NCBI GenBank assembly: GCA_034670305.1
Contig: JAXMNT010000035.1
Location: 16,834-80,833, forward strand
Direction of reading: 5' to 3'
Source: Deltaproteobacteria bacterium
GTDB lineage: Bacteria; Myxococcota_A; Polyangia; Polyangiales; Houyiibacteriaceae
DNA: 64,000 nt
The notes below the pieces were generated by a model, which was not told where the DNA came from, ran no database searches, and saw only the letters and a list, made by a program, of their open reading frames with translations. This document shows positions 1 through 11,478 of this stretch, one piece after another (the first letter of the stretch is position 1; each line of letters begins with the position of its first letter). The position numbers and the translations under genes are program-made.

Positions 1-2
1 CG

Positions 3-668
<666 letters not shown>

Positions 669-688
669 TTTCGCACTCTGAACGCGGC

Positions 689-2275
689 TCAGTTCGCGCG
701 GATGGGCATCGTCTCGAGGAACGTCCAGTCGGCGTTCTCTCGAATCGCGCGCTCGAGCTCCCACTCGTCGCGGAAGAGCGCCACGAGGCCGCCGTCGATG
801 TCGTGCACCGCCAGCGGAATGCGTTTCGCGATGAGGTCCTCCGCCGTCTCCGGACCCTGCACCCAGCGCGCGTGGCTGTAGGGCAGGTTGTCGAAGCTGA
901 TCTTCGCGCCGTACTCGTGCTGCAGCCGGAACACCAACACCTCGAACTGAAGTTTGCCCACCACGCCGCAGATCGGATCCTTCTCGCGGCCCGGCTCGCT
1001 GAAGAGCTGCACGGTGCCTTCTTCGGCGAGCTGCGAGATCCCCTTCTGGAGTTGCTTGCGTTTGAGTGGATCGAGCAGAACCACCCGGCCGAAATGCTCC
1101 GGGCTGAACCGCGGAACCGCGTCGAAACTCATCGCCGCTTCGCTCGCGAGGGTGTCGCCGATCCGGAACAGGCCCGGGTCGTAGAGCCCGACGATGTCGC
1201 CGGCCCACGCTTCCATCACCGTCTCGCGTTCTTGCGCGAAGAACTGCTCCGCCCGGTTCAGGCGGATGGCTTTGCCGAGGCGCGAGTGGTGCACTTTCAT
1301 ACCGCCCTCGAACTTGCCGCTGCAGATGCGCGCGAAGGCGATGCGGTCGCGGTGCGAGGGGTCCATGTTGGCCTGCACCTTGAAGACGAACGCGCTGAAC
1401 CGTTTGTCGTCCGGCGGGATCGATTCGCCGTCGGCGTCCGCCCGCGGGCCGGGCGGCGGGCAGAGATCCGCGAAGGACTTCATGAACGGCTCGATGCCAA
1501 AGCTGTTGAGCGCGCTGCCGAAGAACACCGGGGACAGTTCGCCCGCCCGAAAGCGTGCTTCGTCCCACTCTTCGCCGGCGCCTTCGAGCAGCTCCACTTC
1601 GTCGCGGAGCGCACCGGCCGGCTTGTCACCGAGCAACTTGCCGAGCTTCTCGGACGCGAGGTCCTCGATCTCGACGACGGCCTTGCTCGCGTTGCCGGAC
1701 TCGCCGCGATCGAAGCGCAGCACCTTCTGGGCGTGCCGGTCGTACACGCCCTGGAAGAGATCGCCCGAACCGATGGGCCAGGTGTAGGGGTAGCTCTCGA
1801 TGCCGAGCACGTCTTCGACCTGGCTCATCAGATCGAACGCGTCCCGAGCGGGCCGGTCGAGTTTGTTGATGAACGTGACGATCGGGATGCCGCGCATGCG
1901 GCAGACGTGGAAGAGCTTCCGGGTCTGGGGTTCGACGCCCTTGGCGGCGTCGAGGATCATGATCGCGCAGTCCGCCGCGGTCAGCGTGCGGTAGGTGTCT
2001 TCCGAGAAGTCGTTGTGGCCCGGGGTGTCGAGCAGGTTCCAGCGGATCTCGTCGTAGGTGAACTGCAGCACCGAGCTCGTGACCGAGATGCCGCGCTGCT
2101 TCTCGAGCGCCATCCAGTCACTGGTGGCCGCGCGTTTGGCTTTGCGCGACTTCACCGCGCCCGCCATGTGGATCGCGCCACCGTAGAGCAGCAGCTTCTC
2201 GGTCAGGGTGGTCTTGCCAGCGTCCGGATGCGAGATGATCGCAAAGGTACGCCGGCGCAGGTGCTCGGCAGCCAT
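689..2275 (-). CDS. prfC: Peptide chain release factor 3
   Basis: RRRTFAIISHPDAGKTTLTEKLLLYGGAI, LLDTPGHNDFSEDTYR, NKLD, FKVQANMDPSHRDRIAF: canonical RF3 motifs, 528 aa. Confidence 0.98.
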   Translation of the reverse strand: MAAEHLRRRTFAIISHPDAGKTTLTEKLLLYGGAIHMAGAVKSRKAKRAATSDWMALEKQRGISVTSSVLQFTYDEIRWNLLDTPGHNDFSEDTYRTLTAADCAIMILDAAKGVEPQTRKLFHVCRMRGIPIVTFINKLDRPARDAFDLMSQVEDVLGIESYPYTWPIGSGDLFQGVYDRHAQKVLRFDRGESGNASKAVVEIEDLASEKLGKLLGDKPAGALRDEVELLEGAGEEWDEARFRAGELSPVFFGSALNSFGIEPFMKSFADLCPPPGPRADADGESIPPDDKRFSAFVFKVQANMDPSHRDRIAFARICSGKFEGGMKVHHSRLGKAIRLNRAEQFFAQERETVMEAWAGDIVGLYDPGLFRIGDTLASEAAMSFDAVPRFSPEHFGRVVLLDPLKRKQLQKGISQLAEEGTVQLFSEPGREKDPICGVVGKLQFEVLVFRLQHEYGAKISFDNLPYSHARWVQGPETAEDLIAKRIPLAVHDIDGGLVALFRDEWELERAIRENADWTFLETMPIRAN

Positions 2276-2371
2276 GGGCGGGCCTTAGAGCAAAAGACGC
2301 CCTCCGTCGATGCGCCGCGACGGCACGCGCGGCAACTGCCACCTCGGCCCTGAACCTGCTACCAATGCGGC

Positions 2372-3673
2372 GTGCGCGCTCTGAAACTGACCGGCCGTTT
2401 CCTGTGGATCCTCTGGGTCATGGGCGCGGCGTTTTGGCGCTACGTCTTCCGGCGCCTGACCGGCGGCCGGCTCACGACGCTCGAGCGCGATCGCCTGCGG
2501 GGCGTGATCCTCGCCGACATGCTGCAGCGGCTCGGCGCCACCTACGTGAAGTTCGGGCAGATCCTGAGCACCCGGCCGGATCTCTTCGGGCCGGGCATCA
2601 CCGACTCGCTCGCGCGGCTGCAAGACCACGTCGCGCCGATCCCCTACGACATCGTCGAAGGCGTGATCGATGGCGAACTCGACGCGACTTCACGCGCGCT
2701 GCTCGTGGCGATCGAACCGGAGCCACTCGCCGCCGCCTCCGTCGCCCAAGTGCACCGAGCCGAGCTCAAGGACGGAACCTTCATCGTCCTCAAGGTGCAG
2801 CGGCCGCTCGCGCGGATCCAGGTCGATCGAGATCTCGTATTGATGATGCTCGGCGCGAAGTTCCTGAACCTCTTCCCGTCGATCAAGCTCCTCTCCCTGC
2901 CTGGCGCGGTGGAGCGGTTCGCCGAAGCGATGCGGGGGCAGCTCGACTTTCGCCTCGAAGCCGAGAACAACCGGCGCTTCGCCAAGAACTTCGAACACCT
3001 CGAAGGCGTGGACGTGCCGAAACTCTTCGATGCGCTCTGCACCGAACGGGTGCTCGCGATGGAGTTCATCGACGGAGTGCGCGCGACCGAACCGGAGAAG
3101 GTGGGGGGCGACCGCGAGGCGATCGCGCAGAAGGGGCTGCAGTGCATTCTGCAGATGGTGTTCGACGACGGGTTCGTGCACGCGGATCTGCACCCCGGCA
3201 ACATCATCCTGACGCCGGACGAGCGCGTCGTGCTCATCGATCTGGGCCTGGTCGCGGAGATCGAAGACGAACTCAAGGGCCCCTGGATCGAGAGCTTCCT
3301 CGCCATCGGCCAGTACGACGCCAAGAGCGCAGCGCGCCTCTTCTACACCTACGCGCCCTTCGTCGCGACGAAGGACTACGGCGCCTACGAAGCGGACGTC
3401 GAAGCGCACTTCTCGAGCTTCCACGGCAAACCGCTGCACGAGATCGAAGCGAGCCAAGTCCTGGCCGGCATGATGAACATTCTTCGCCGCCACCGGATCC
3501 AGATCGACCCGGTGTTCACCGTGGTGAACATCGCGATGCTCGTCGCGGAGGGGCTCGGCAAGCAGCTCGACCCGAACCTCGATCTCATCCAGGTCTCGAC
3601 CCCGTACCTGATGAAGGCCATCGCCCACGCGCCGACCAGCCGCGCGCCCAAACGCGAAGTCCCCGCACACTGA
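2372..3673 (+). CDS. ABC1/AarF/UbiB-family atypical kinase
   Basis: LGATYVKFGQILSTRPD, AAASVAQVHRA, KVQRP, FVHADLHPGN, LIDLG motifs. Confidence 0.93.
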   Translation: MRALKLTGRFLWILWVMGAAFWRYVFRRLTGGRLTTLERDRLRGVILADMLQRLGATYVKFGQILSTRPDLFGPGITDSLARLQDHVAPIPYDIVEGVIDGELDATSRALLVAIEPEPLAAASVAQVHRAELKDGTFIVLKVQRPLARIQVDRDLVLMMLGAKFLNLFPSIKLLSLPGAVERFAEAMRGQLDFRLEAENNRRFAKNFEHLEGVDVPKLFDALCTERVLAMEFIDGVRATEPEKVGGDREAIAQKGLQCILQMVFDDGFVHADLHPGNIILTPDERVVLIDLGLVAEIEDELKGPWIESFLAIGQYDAKSAARLFYTYAPFVATKDYGAYEADVEAHFSSFHGKPLHEIEASQVLAGMMNILRRHRIQIDPVFTVVNIAMLVAEGLGKQLDPNLDLIQVSTPYLMKAIAHAPTSRAPKREVPAH

Positions 3674-4437
3674 TGGCGTTCCGTGGCCAAGAGGCGTCCG
3701 ACCAAGCCCGCCGCGAAGCGCTCGAGGCCGAAGTGGAGACGCTGCGCGCGCAGAACGCGGAGCTGACCAAGCACGCGGTGTCCGATGCGCCACAAAGCTC
3801 GCTTCTGCCGGCGGTCCTGCTCTTCGCTGCCGCGGTGGGCTGCGGTGCGTACGCCGCATTCGCCCCGTACGTCGAACTTCGGATGATCCTCATCCTGGCC
3901 GCCGGATTCTTCACGACCGCAGCCGCCACGACGGTGGTGATCCGTCGCTATCTCCTCTTGGTGCCGCCCGATCGCATCTGCATCGTGGCCGGCCGAGCTC
4001 GGGAGGTGAATGGGCTCAAGCTCGGATACCGCGTCGTGACGACCGGCCGGACCATGCGCCTTCCGATCCTCGAGAAGGTCGAGTGGCTGTACGGCGGGGC
4101 CATCGCGTTCGAGCGCCGGCTCACGGTTGAAGTGAGCGATGGCCACGTGGATCTCTTGGTGGGCGCCCGCTGCGCCGTCGGCCGCAGGCACGAAGAGCTG
4201 CTGGAGCGCGCCGTGAACCAATGGGTGGGCTACCCGGTCGCCGCGCAACCCGCCGCCATCGAAGAGGCCGTGGTTCCGATCCTTCGCTCCATCCTCAAAC
4301 GGATCCTGATCCAGGTGAGCCGGGACGACCTCAAGAAGGACGGCGACAAAGTCGAAGACCTCGTCCGCCGAGACATCGACGAACAGCTCTGGTCGCTCGG
4401 CCTCGAGCTGAAGACCCTGTCTCTAGAAACCACGTAG
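3673..4437 (+). CDS. Membrane protein with SPFH/flotillin-like (band 7) domain
   Basis: ATG overlaps the upstream TGA (TGATG); two TM helices, then VPPDRICIVAGR...GYRVVTTGRTMRLPILEKV and a terminal LGLELKTLSL, as in flotillin SPFH domains. Confidence 0.6.
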   Translation: MAFRGQEASDQARREALEAEVETLRAQNAELTKHAVSDAPQSSLLPAVLLFAAAVGCGAYAAFAPYVELRMILILAAGFFTTAAATTVVIRRYLLLVPPDRICIVAGRAREVNGLKLGYRVVTTGRTMRLPILEKVEWLYGGAIAFERRLTVEVSDGHVDLLVGARCAVGRRHEELLERAVNQWVGYPVAAQPAAIEEAVVPILRSILKRILIQVSRDDLKKDGDKVEDLVRRDIDEQLWSLGLELKTLSLETT

Positions 4438-4505
4438 CAGTATTGCCCGGTCTACCCGAACTGAGTTGGGTGGTGATCGGAGAGCCATCCGTCTAGGATC
4501 GCAGG

Positions 4506-6518
4506 ATGGATTTCGGGGCGCGACAGTGGGTGCTGTGTTTGTCTTTGGCCGTTGGGTTGGCGTGTTCCAGTGACCCGCCGCCTGAACCCGAATGTGAAGG
4601 GCACATGGACTGCCCTGAAGGCGAACGTTGCTTCGAGGGCAACTGCGAGACTGGCGGGCCTTGTGCCACAACGCCGGACTGTCTGGTCGCGGATGACCCG
4701 TGCCTGACCGCCCGCTGCGAGCCTGCGACCCGCACATGCATCTACGGGGTCCTAGACGGCGACGGCGACGGATCATCCCCAAGCATCTGTGGAGGCTTCG
4801 ACTGCGACGACGGCGACCCGGACATTCACCCGGGCGCGGTCGATGTGTGCGATGGAGTCGATGCCGACTGTTCAGGCGACGAACCCCCCGATTCACCGGG
4901 GTGTGCCGTCAACAAGGAATGTTCCGACGGTCGGTGCGTATGCGTCACCGGTCGCAGCGACTGCGGCGGGTTCTGCTACGACCTGAGTTCGGACCGAACC
5001 CACTGCGGCCGGTGCAACAACGGATGCATCGGTGGGCAGGTGTGCCGGGGCGGTTCGTGCGTCTGTCCAGGCCCCGAAGAGTTCTGCGAACGGGCTTGCG
5101 TAGACACCACAACCTCAACGAGCCATTGCGGCGGCTGCGACATCAGTTGCAATGGCCTGATGTGTCTTGATGGATCTTGTGGATGTGGTCCGGCACTAAG
5201 CGGCTGCCCCAGAGGAAGCGTGCTTGCTTGCGTGGACCTAGACTCGGATATCCAACACTGCGGTGCGTGCGGCAATGAGTGTGCGAGCGGTGCGACCTGT
5301 CTAGAAGGTGTGTGCAGCATTCGCGCGGATGGGTTGTTCTCTGCGTATGGCATCTCGACATCGGTGAGCGCGTTTGACCTATCCGGTACCAACTCCGGGT
5401 CCCGCATCGATTTCGACGCAGTCTCCAACAGCATCGCCACGGTTGAGGAGACCACAGGCGCCATTCACCAGCACCTCGACGGTCCCTCCTCCTTCGACGG
5501 GTCCGAGGCCAACTTCGTTCTGTATGGACCCGACGGAGTCCACCGATGGGTCGCGGCGACCACCATGACTGCTCGCCGCCAAGTGACAGCGGAAGGGGCG
5601 CACGTCTTCGTCGCCATGTCAGAGGATGGGCCTAGCGGAACTCTCTCTGGTCAGACCTTCCTCCGAGAGATTGGTAGTGAGCGGATCGAGCTGCTCGCAG
5701 AACTCGACCACGACACCGGAGAAGTCGTTCAGTCGGTCGACTTCGGCGCTCTCGATGTGAGGATCACGGACATCGACGCAAATTCAGCTGGGGAGGTACT
5801 TGTCCTCCTTGAGCATCTGGAGGGAACCGTAGACCTTGGCGGTGGGCCATTCGATGCAGCCGATGGGCAGGGAATCGTTGTCATCTATGGACCGGGTCTC
5901 GTACATCGGCACTCGTTCCAGGTTCCGTTTGTGTCGCTTGGGCAGTTCAACCCCGGCGGAGACATCGTGCTCCACGGTGCACTCCTGGCGGAGGCATCCT
6001 TCCGCGGCGGGCCCGTACTGGCTCCAGCCTTCTCAGGCTACCTCGCACGTTTGACTCCCGAAGGTGGACACCTTTCGTCCTTCATCCGGACGGGCCGAGT
6101 GTTGGCAGTCACCGCGAGAGGCGTTTGGGTCCAGGCGTCGGTCGGATTCGGGTTCTATCGGTTCGATGGAACGGAGCTCCGTCTCCCTGCCCCATGGTCT
6201 GATCCGGACGTTCAAGCGGAGCACGTCGCCATCTCCGGCTCCGACCTATTCGTGAGTGGTCAGTTCCTGTCCAGAACCGACGTTGGTGAAATCCGGTTTG
6301 GTCGGAGTGCCTTCGTCGCTCGGTTCGACGCCGATACGCTCGTCCTGCGCGACGTGACGACCACGCCAGCTCCGACCTTCGGCTTCTTTGCCCTCGGTGG
6401 CGCGACACCCACGGTGAGGACCGTCGGCACCAGCTTTGGCATCGAACGTTTTGCCGGGCGTAGGCTCGGGGGGTTCGGTTCAGCCCACTCGTTCTTCGTG
6501 GACTACCAGTTCAGGTAA
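4506..6518 (+). CDS. Cys-rich lipoprotein with putative metal-binding (MopE-like) motif, Stig1-like Cys repeats and a beta-rich C-terminal domain
   Basis: Lipobox-like GLAC; DCDDGDPDIHPGAVDVCDGVDADC; repeated CxD(L/T)xS/TxxxHCGxC motifs. Confidence 0.75.
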   Translation: MDFGARQWVLCLSLAVGLACSSDPPPEPECEGHMDCPEGERCFEGNCETGGPCATTPDCLVADDPCLTARCEPATRTCIYGVLDGDGDGSSPSICGGFDCDDGDPDIHPGAVDVCDGVDADCSGDEPPDSPGCAVNKECSDGRCVCVTGRSDCGGFCYDLSSDRTHCGRCNNGCIGGQVCRGGSCVCPGPEEFCERACVDTTTSTSHCGGCDISCNGLMCLDGSCGCGPALSGCPRGSVLACVDLDSDIQHCGACGNECASGATCLEGVCSIRADGLFSAYGISTSVSAFDLSGTNSGSRIDFDAVSNSIATVEETTGAIHQHLDGPSSFDGSEANFVLYGPDGVHRWVAATTMTARRQVTAEGAHVFVAMSEDGPSGTLSGQTFLREIGSERIELLAELDHDTGEVVQSVDFGALDVRITDIDANSAGEVLVLLEHLEGTVDLGGGPFDAADGQGIVVIYGPGLVHRHSFQVPFVSLGQFNPGGDIVLHGALLAEASFRGGPVLAPAFSGYLARLTPEGGHLSSFIRTGRVLAVTARGVWVQASVGFGFYRFDGTELRLPAPWSDPDVQAEHVAISGSDLFVSGQFLSRTDVGEIRFGRSAFVARFDADTLVLRDVTTTPAPTFGFFALGGATPTVRTVGTSFGIERFAGRRLGGFGSAHSFFVDYQFR

Positions 6519-6527
6519 CGGGGTCCG

Positions 6528-7877
6528 TTACGGGGCGAAGCGGCCGCGGCCGCGGTTGATGATCGGGTGGCCGGCGGTGTTGCCGACTCCAGGTGTTTCG
6601 GTCTGGAGTCGGAAGCCGTTGCCGAGGTCGCCGTTGGCGCAGTGGCGTTCTTCGGCGATGCAGTGGCGGGTCCAGGTCTGGGCGGTCTCCGGTTCCCAGG
6701 CCATGAACCAGTCGCCGTGCGCCGATGCACCGCCGGGTGATTCGTCCGTGGTGTCGTAGCTGTCCGACGAGAGGAACCAGTCGCGGGTGTCGCCGTAGGG
6801 TCCGACGCTGCGGTCGTCGAGCGGGTAGTAGAGCTGGTAGCTGACCTGCGGGATCGCGACCGGGTGGCTGGCGGGGCACCGGAAGGTGTCGGTGGGTTCG
6901 TCGTATTCGACGTACGCCATGTGGGCCTGGTGGTTCTCGGAGTCGAGGTTCTCGCCATCCCAGCAGGGCGGGAAGAAGAGCCCGAAGTGCACGCGCCAGG
7001 GAATCGGTGCGCCTTCGTCGCGACCTGGAACACAACGCGGAATGGTCGGCGACTGATCCTGCGGCTGTCCCTCCGCGTTGCGCTGGTCGTGGCAGGTCCA
7101 GCGGATCACCGTTGGGTGCTGCGGCGACTCCGGCGTCGCGCTGCCGCGGCCGGCGATCATGCGCAGGCCGATCGGCGGCGGAATCACGTCGCCCTCCACG
7201 CCGCGCTTGTAATAGACGTCCGGCCCGTGGTTCTCGGTGTCGATGAGCTCACCGGAGCCATCGCGCATGGGCACGCCGTTGTCGTCGAGTTCCCAGCTGT
7301 CGACCGGGTAGATGATGCGGAACGCGCCGTTCGGGATGAAGCGGCCTTCGTCGTCGGTCCGGAACGAGCCGTCTTCGTTCTGCTCGTACATCGGGCGCAG
7401 CACCGTCGGGACCCAGTAGGCGGTCATGTTGAGCGGGCCGCCTTGGCAGGTGCTGGTCATGCCGCTGCGCGCGTTGTCGACGGTGAGCGTGTGGTCCGCG
7501 ACCGTGCTGCCGAAGTAGGTGTGCAGGTGCGCGACGCCTTCTTCGCCCGGGTAGACGATCGGATCGTCGTAGTTGACGTGCGAGAGGCTGCACTTGATCC
7601 GGAAGGTCCCGTACTCGTCCCGGTCGGTGAACGGGTCCTGCGTGCGATGGGTGACCAGGTGCCCGTGCATCGGGTGCGCGGGATCGAACACGCTGCCGCC
7701 GGGGCCTTCGATGACGCAAGAAGACGAGCAGCCGTCGCCGCTCACCTGGTTGCCGTCGTCGCAGGTCTCCCCGAGCCCGATCTCGTTGTCCCCACACGAA
7801 GCGAGCGGAGGGTGGTCGTCCCCGCAGGACGCCGAGAGCAAGAGGCAGAGCGCAAACGTCGAACGCGTGAAGGCCAT
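6528..7877 (-). CDS. DUF1996-domain lipoprotein with an N-terminal myxococcal Cys-rich repeat
   Basis: [18 protein letters not shown] lipobox; [83 protein letters not shown] motifs of DUF1996. Confidence 0.85.
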   Translation of the reverse strand: MAFTRSTFALCLLLSASCGDDHPPLASCGDNEIGLGETCDDGNQVSGDGCSSSCVIEGPGGSVFDPAHPMHGHLVTHRTQDPFTDRDEYGTFRIKCSLSHVNYDDPIVYPGEEGVAHLHTYFGSTVADHTLTVDNARSGMTSTCQGGPLNMTAYWVPTVLRPMYEQNEDGSFRTDDEGRFIPNGAFRIIYPVDSWELDDNGVPMRDGSGELIDTENHGPDVYYKRGVEGDVIPPPIGLRMIAGRGSATPESPQHPTVIRWTCHDQRNAEGQPQDQSPTIPRCVPGRDEGAPIPWRVHFGLFFPPCWDGENLDSENHQAHMAYVEYDEPTDTFRCPASHPVAIPQVSYQLYYPLDDRSVGPYGDTRDWFLSSDSYDTTDESPGGASAHGDWFMAWEPETAQTWTRHCIAEERHCANGDLGNGFRLQTETPGVGNTAGHPIINRGRGRFAP

Positions 7878-7945
7878 CGCCCGACGCATAGCGCACGGTC
7901 GCCGCTTCGCCACCGCCACCGGCGTACGAGCCGCCGATTGCAGCG

Positions 7946-8310
7946 GCCGAAGCCGACAGCCGATGCCGGAGGCGAAGCCGAAGCCGAAGCCGATGCCGAC
8001 GCCGAAGCCGAAGCCGAAGCCGATGCCGATGCCGACGCCGACGCCGAAGCCGACGCCGAAGCCGATGCCGATGCCGATGCCGATGCCGATGCCGAAGCCG
8101 ATGCCGACGCCGATGCCGACGCCGATGCCGACGCCCTCGGTACCAGTTTCAGCACCAGCTTCAGAGTCAGTCTCAGAATCAGGATCGGCTTCAGAGCCAG
8201 CTTCAGAATCAGAATCAGCCGCAGAACCAGAATCAGAACCAGCTACAGAACCGGCTACAGAATCAGCTTCAGCACCAGCTTCAGAACCGGCTGCAGCTGA
8301 AGCTACAGCC
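7946..8310. repeat. Intergenic hexamer array: GCCGA(A/T/C) block (to ~8135), then TCAGAA/CCAGCT-type block
   Basis: Period-6 tandem repeats directly visible. Confidence 0.9.
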
Positions 8311-8332
8311 GTGCTCCGAAGGGAGCACGGCT

Positions 8333-11176
8333 CTAGTACTTCCGGCGCCAGAGCAGGCCGAGCAGGCCGAGTACGACGAGCGCGCCCGGGACCCGCGAGG
8401 GATCGCTCGTGCCCGGCGTTCGGCAGCTGCAGCCGTCCGGATCGTCGACGAAGACGATGCCGCTGTCGGCGCCCGAGTCGATCGGTCCCGCGTCGACTTC
8501 GACCGAAGCGTCGTCTTCGACCGAGGCGTCGTCGGCGACACCGGCGTCGTCGCCCGCGTCCGCGCCGGCGTCGTCCATGGTGCCGGCGTCGTCCATGGTG
8601 CCCGCGTCGTCCATGGTGCCCGCATCGTCCATGCCCGCGTCCGTGCCCGCGTCGTCCATGCCCGCGTCCATGCCCGCGTCGGCCATACCCGCGTCCGTGC
8701 CCGCGTCCGGCATGCAGCCGGCGATCGGTACGTTCTCGCAGCCAGTGCCTTCGGTGCACATGTCCGCGGTGCAGTCGTCTCCGTCGTCGCAGTCCAGATC
8801 CGTGCCCGCCGCGCAGCTGCCCGCCGCACACAGCTCGTCGCCGTTGCAGGTGGTGCCATCGGCGCAGGACGTGCCGTCCGCTTCGAACAGGTCGGCGCCG
8901 CAGCTCTTCGTGGTGCCGTCGCAGTTCTCCGCCACGTCGCACACCCCGCTCGCCGAACGACACTCGGTGTCCACGGAGGCGACCGCGTCCGAAGGACACG
9001 CCGCACCGCCGCCCGAGCAGCTCTCGGCGACGTCGCACACGCCGGTGGCTGCACGACATTCCGTGACCGCGTCGAACACGTCCGCCGGGCAGTCCGCATC
9101 GGTGCCGGTGCAGGACTCGGCGAGGTCACACACCCCGGCCGCGCCACGACACTCGAGGGTCGACGGCGCGAAGCCGTCCGCCGGACAGTCGACGTCCGCG
9201 CCGTCGCAGCTCTCCGCCACGTCGCAATCGCCACCCACGGCTCGGCACTCGGTGCCCGAGGCGACTCGAAGGTCGGCCGGGCACGCCGCACCGCTGCCGG
9301 TGCAGGTCTCCGCCGCGTCGCACACACCCGCTGGCGAACGACACTCGACGGTGTCCGCCGCGAACCCGTCGGCCGGACAGGCGCGGCCGGCGCCATCACA
9401 CGCTTCGGCGACATCGCAGACGTCGGCCGCGGCGCGACAGGTCGTCCCTGCCGCCGCCACGCCATCGCTCGGACAGTCCGCCGAGCTGCCCGAGCAAGAC
9501 TCGGCCGCATCGCAGTCGTCGACCGACGCACGACATTCGTTGGTGGAGTCGAGGAACGAATCGCTTGGACAGACGTCGCTGGATCCGGTGCAGGTCTCGG
9601 CCATGTCGCAGTCGCCCGCCACCGCGCGGCACTCGACCGTCGAGGGCGCGAAGGCGTTGGCCGGGCACGCGTTGCTGCTGCCCGTGCACGTCTCCGCGAC
9701 GTCGCAGACCGTGGTCGCGGCGCGGCACTCGACCGTCGAGGGCGCGAAGTCATCGACCGGGCAGTCGTCCGTCGTCCCCGTGCACGTCTCCGCCACATCG
9801 CAGATGCCCACCGATGCGCGGCACTCCGTCGTCGCAGGCTCTCGAAGGTTCGGGGGACAGCTTCTCAGAACGCCGTTGCAGACTTCCGCCACGTCGCAGT
9901 CTCCAGCCGATGCCCGGCAGGTCGTACCCGCCGGCTCCACGCCGTCGGCCGGACAGCTCGGGCTCGCACCGTCGCACGCCTCTGCCGCATCGCAGTCGTC
10001 CGCCGAAGCGCGACACGTGGTGCCCGTGGGCTGCACGTCGTCGGCCGGACAGGCAGCGCCCGAACCATCGCAGAAGTCGGCGACGTCGCATCCACCGGCC
10101 GCGGCCGGACGGCACATGGTGACCGCGTCGAAGGTGTCCGCCGGACACGAGGGGTCCACGCCATCGCAAGTCTCCGCGACGTCGCAGACGCCAGCCGACG
10201 CGCGGCATTCGGTGCCCCCGGCCACGACGGTGTCGGTGCAGAGCCCGGCCCCATCGCAGAAGTCGTCCGCGTCGCATGCGCCCGCGCCCGCGGAGCCGCA
10301 GAGCGTGCTCGAAGATGCGAACTGGCAGTCCAGCTGACAGCCGCACGTGGTCGACCCGTTCGCCGCCCCATCGTCGCAGGCCTCGCCGGTGTCGATCACG
10401 CCGTTGCCGCACGGCACGGTGCCGTCTTGGATGGTCACGTCGTCGATGCCGAGCTCGTCGCGGCTGCCACTGCCCGACAAGTCGTCGGTCACGAAGTGAA
10501 TGTGCAGTGCCTCGCCGGTGGTCCACGCCCCGCCGAGATCAGCGAAGTCGAGGGTCTGGGCGATCGGGATCCGATCCCAGACGCCGGTAGGCGCGTCCGG
10601 TGTCGAGGTCAGCACGCCCGAGCAGACTTCGGCGGCGGCGCGGCTGGGGATCACGAAACAGACCTCGATGCTGTTGCCGCGGGGTTGGTCGTTGAAGAAC
10701 CAAAAGACGAAATCGAGGTCGAGCTGCCCCACCGCCGGGCCCACGTTGGTGTACTGGGCCGAGAACCGGCCGGGGGTCATGTCGGTGCCGCCCGGCTGGG
10801 CGCCGAGGATTTCGTTCACGCCGGCGCTGCTGGTGTTGAACTGATAGATGCCGCCCGTGGACACACCGCCGGGGCTGTTGCCGCGGGCGAAGTCGCCGGT
10901 CAGCAGCGTATCGCCAAACGCGCCATCGCCATCGCTGAGCCCGCTCACGATCCAATCGTTCGAGTTGAGCTGTCCAGGGACCGGCGTCGGCTGGAAGCCG
11001 GTGCCCTCGAAGCCGGTGAAGTCGTCGGTGATCACCGCGAACCCGCCCGTGCCCGTGAGGTCGAAGTCGTGTGCCTGCGCGTCCGCCTGGCCCGCAAGCC
11101 CCACCGTACCCATCGCCACGATCAACCCAACCCATACAGCGTTCGCACGCCGCGCCCCCGAACCCATCCCAGTCAT
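8333..11176 (-). CDS. MYXO-CTERM surface protein with ~15 disintegrin-like Cys-rich repeats
   Basis: Signal peptide; ~32-aa repeats CRxxxxxCDxAExCxGxxxxCPxD; DAGM/DAGT linker; C-terminal GCSC...[17 protein letters not shown]. Confidence 0.88.
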   Translation of the reverse strand: MTGMGSGARRANAVWVGLIVAMGTVGLAGQADAQAHDFDLTGTGGFAVITDDFTGFEGTGFQPTPVPGQLNSNDWIVSGLSDGDGAFGDTLLTGDFARGNSPGGVSTGGIYQFNTSSAGVNEILGAQPGGTDMTPGRFSAQYTNVGPAVGQLDLDFVFWFFNDQPRGNSIEVCFVIPSRAAAEVCSGVLTSTPDAPTGVWDRIPIAQTLDFADLGGAWTTGEALHIHFVTDDLSGSGSRDELGIDDVTIQDGTVPCGNGVIDTGEACDDGAANGSTTCGCQLDCQFASSSTLCGSAGAGACDADDFCDGAGLCTDTVVAGGTECRASAGVCDVAETCDGVDPSCPADTFDAVTMCRPAAAGGCDVADFCDGSGAACPADDVQPTGTTCRASADDCDAAEACDGASPSCPADGVEPAGTTCRASAGDCDVAEVCNGVLRSCPPNLREPATTECRASVGICDVAETCTGTTDDCPVDDFAPSTVECRAATTVCDVAETCTGSSNACPANAFAPSTVECRAVAGDCDMAETCTGSSDVCPSDSFLDSTNECRASVDDCDAAESCSGSSADCPSDGVAAAGTTCRAAADVCDVAEACDGAGRACPADGFAADTVECRSPAGVCDAAETCTGSGAACPADLRVASGTECRAVGGDCDVAESCDGADVDCPADGFAPSTLECRGAAGVCDLAESCTGTDADCPADVFDAVTECRAATGVCDVAESCSGGGAACPSDAVASVDTECRSASGVCDVAENCDGTTKSCGADLFEADGTSCADGTTCNGDELCAAGSCAAGTDLDCDDGDDCTADMCTEGTGCENVPIAGCMPDAGTDAGMADAGMDAGMDDAGTDAGMDDAGTMDDAGTMDDAGTMDDAGADAGDDAGVADDASVEDDASVEVDAGPIDSGADSGIVFVDDPDGCSCRTPGTSDPSRVPGALVVLGLLGLLWRRKY

Positions 11177-11239
11177 CGTGCGAGCCTACCTGCCCCACGA
11201 ACCTTCTGCACGCCGGCAGGGCCCCCTTCAGCCCCTGGG

Positions 11240-11462
<223 letters not shown>

Positions 11463-11478
11463 TCAGAGCACCCCCGGC

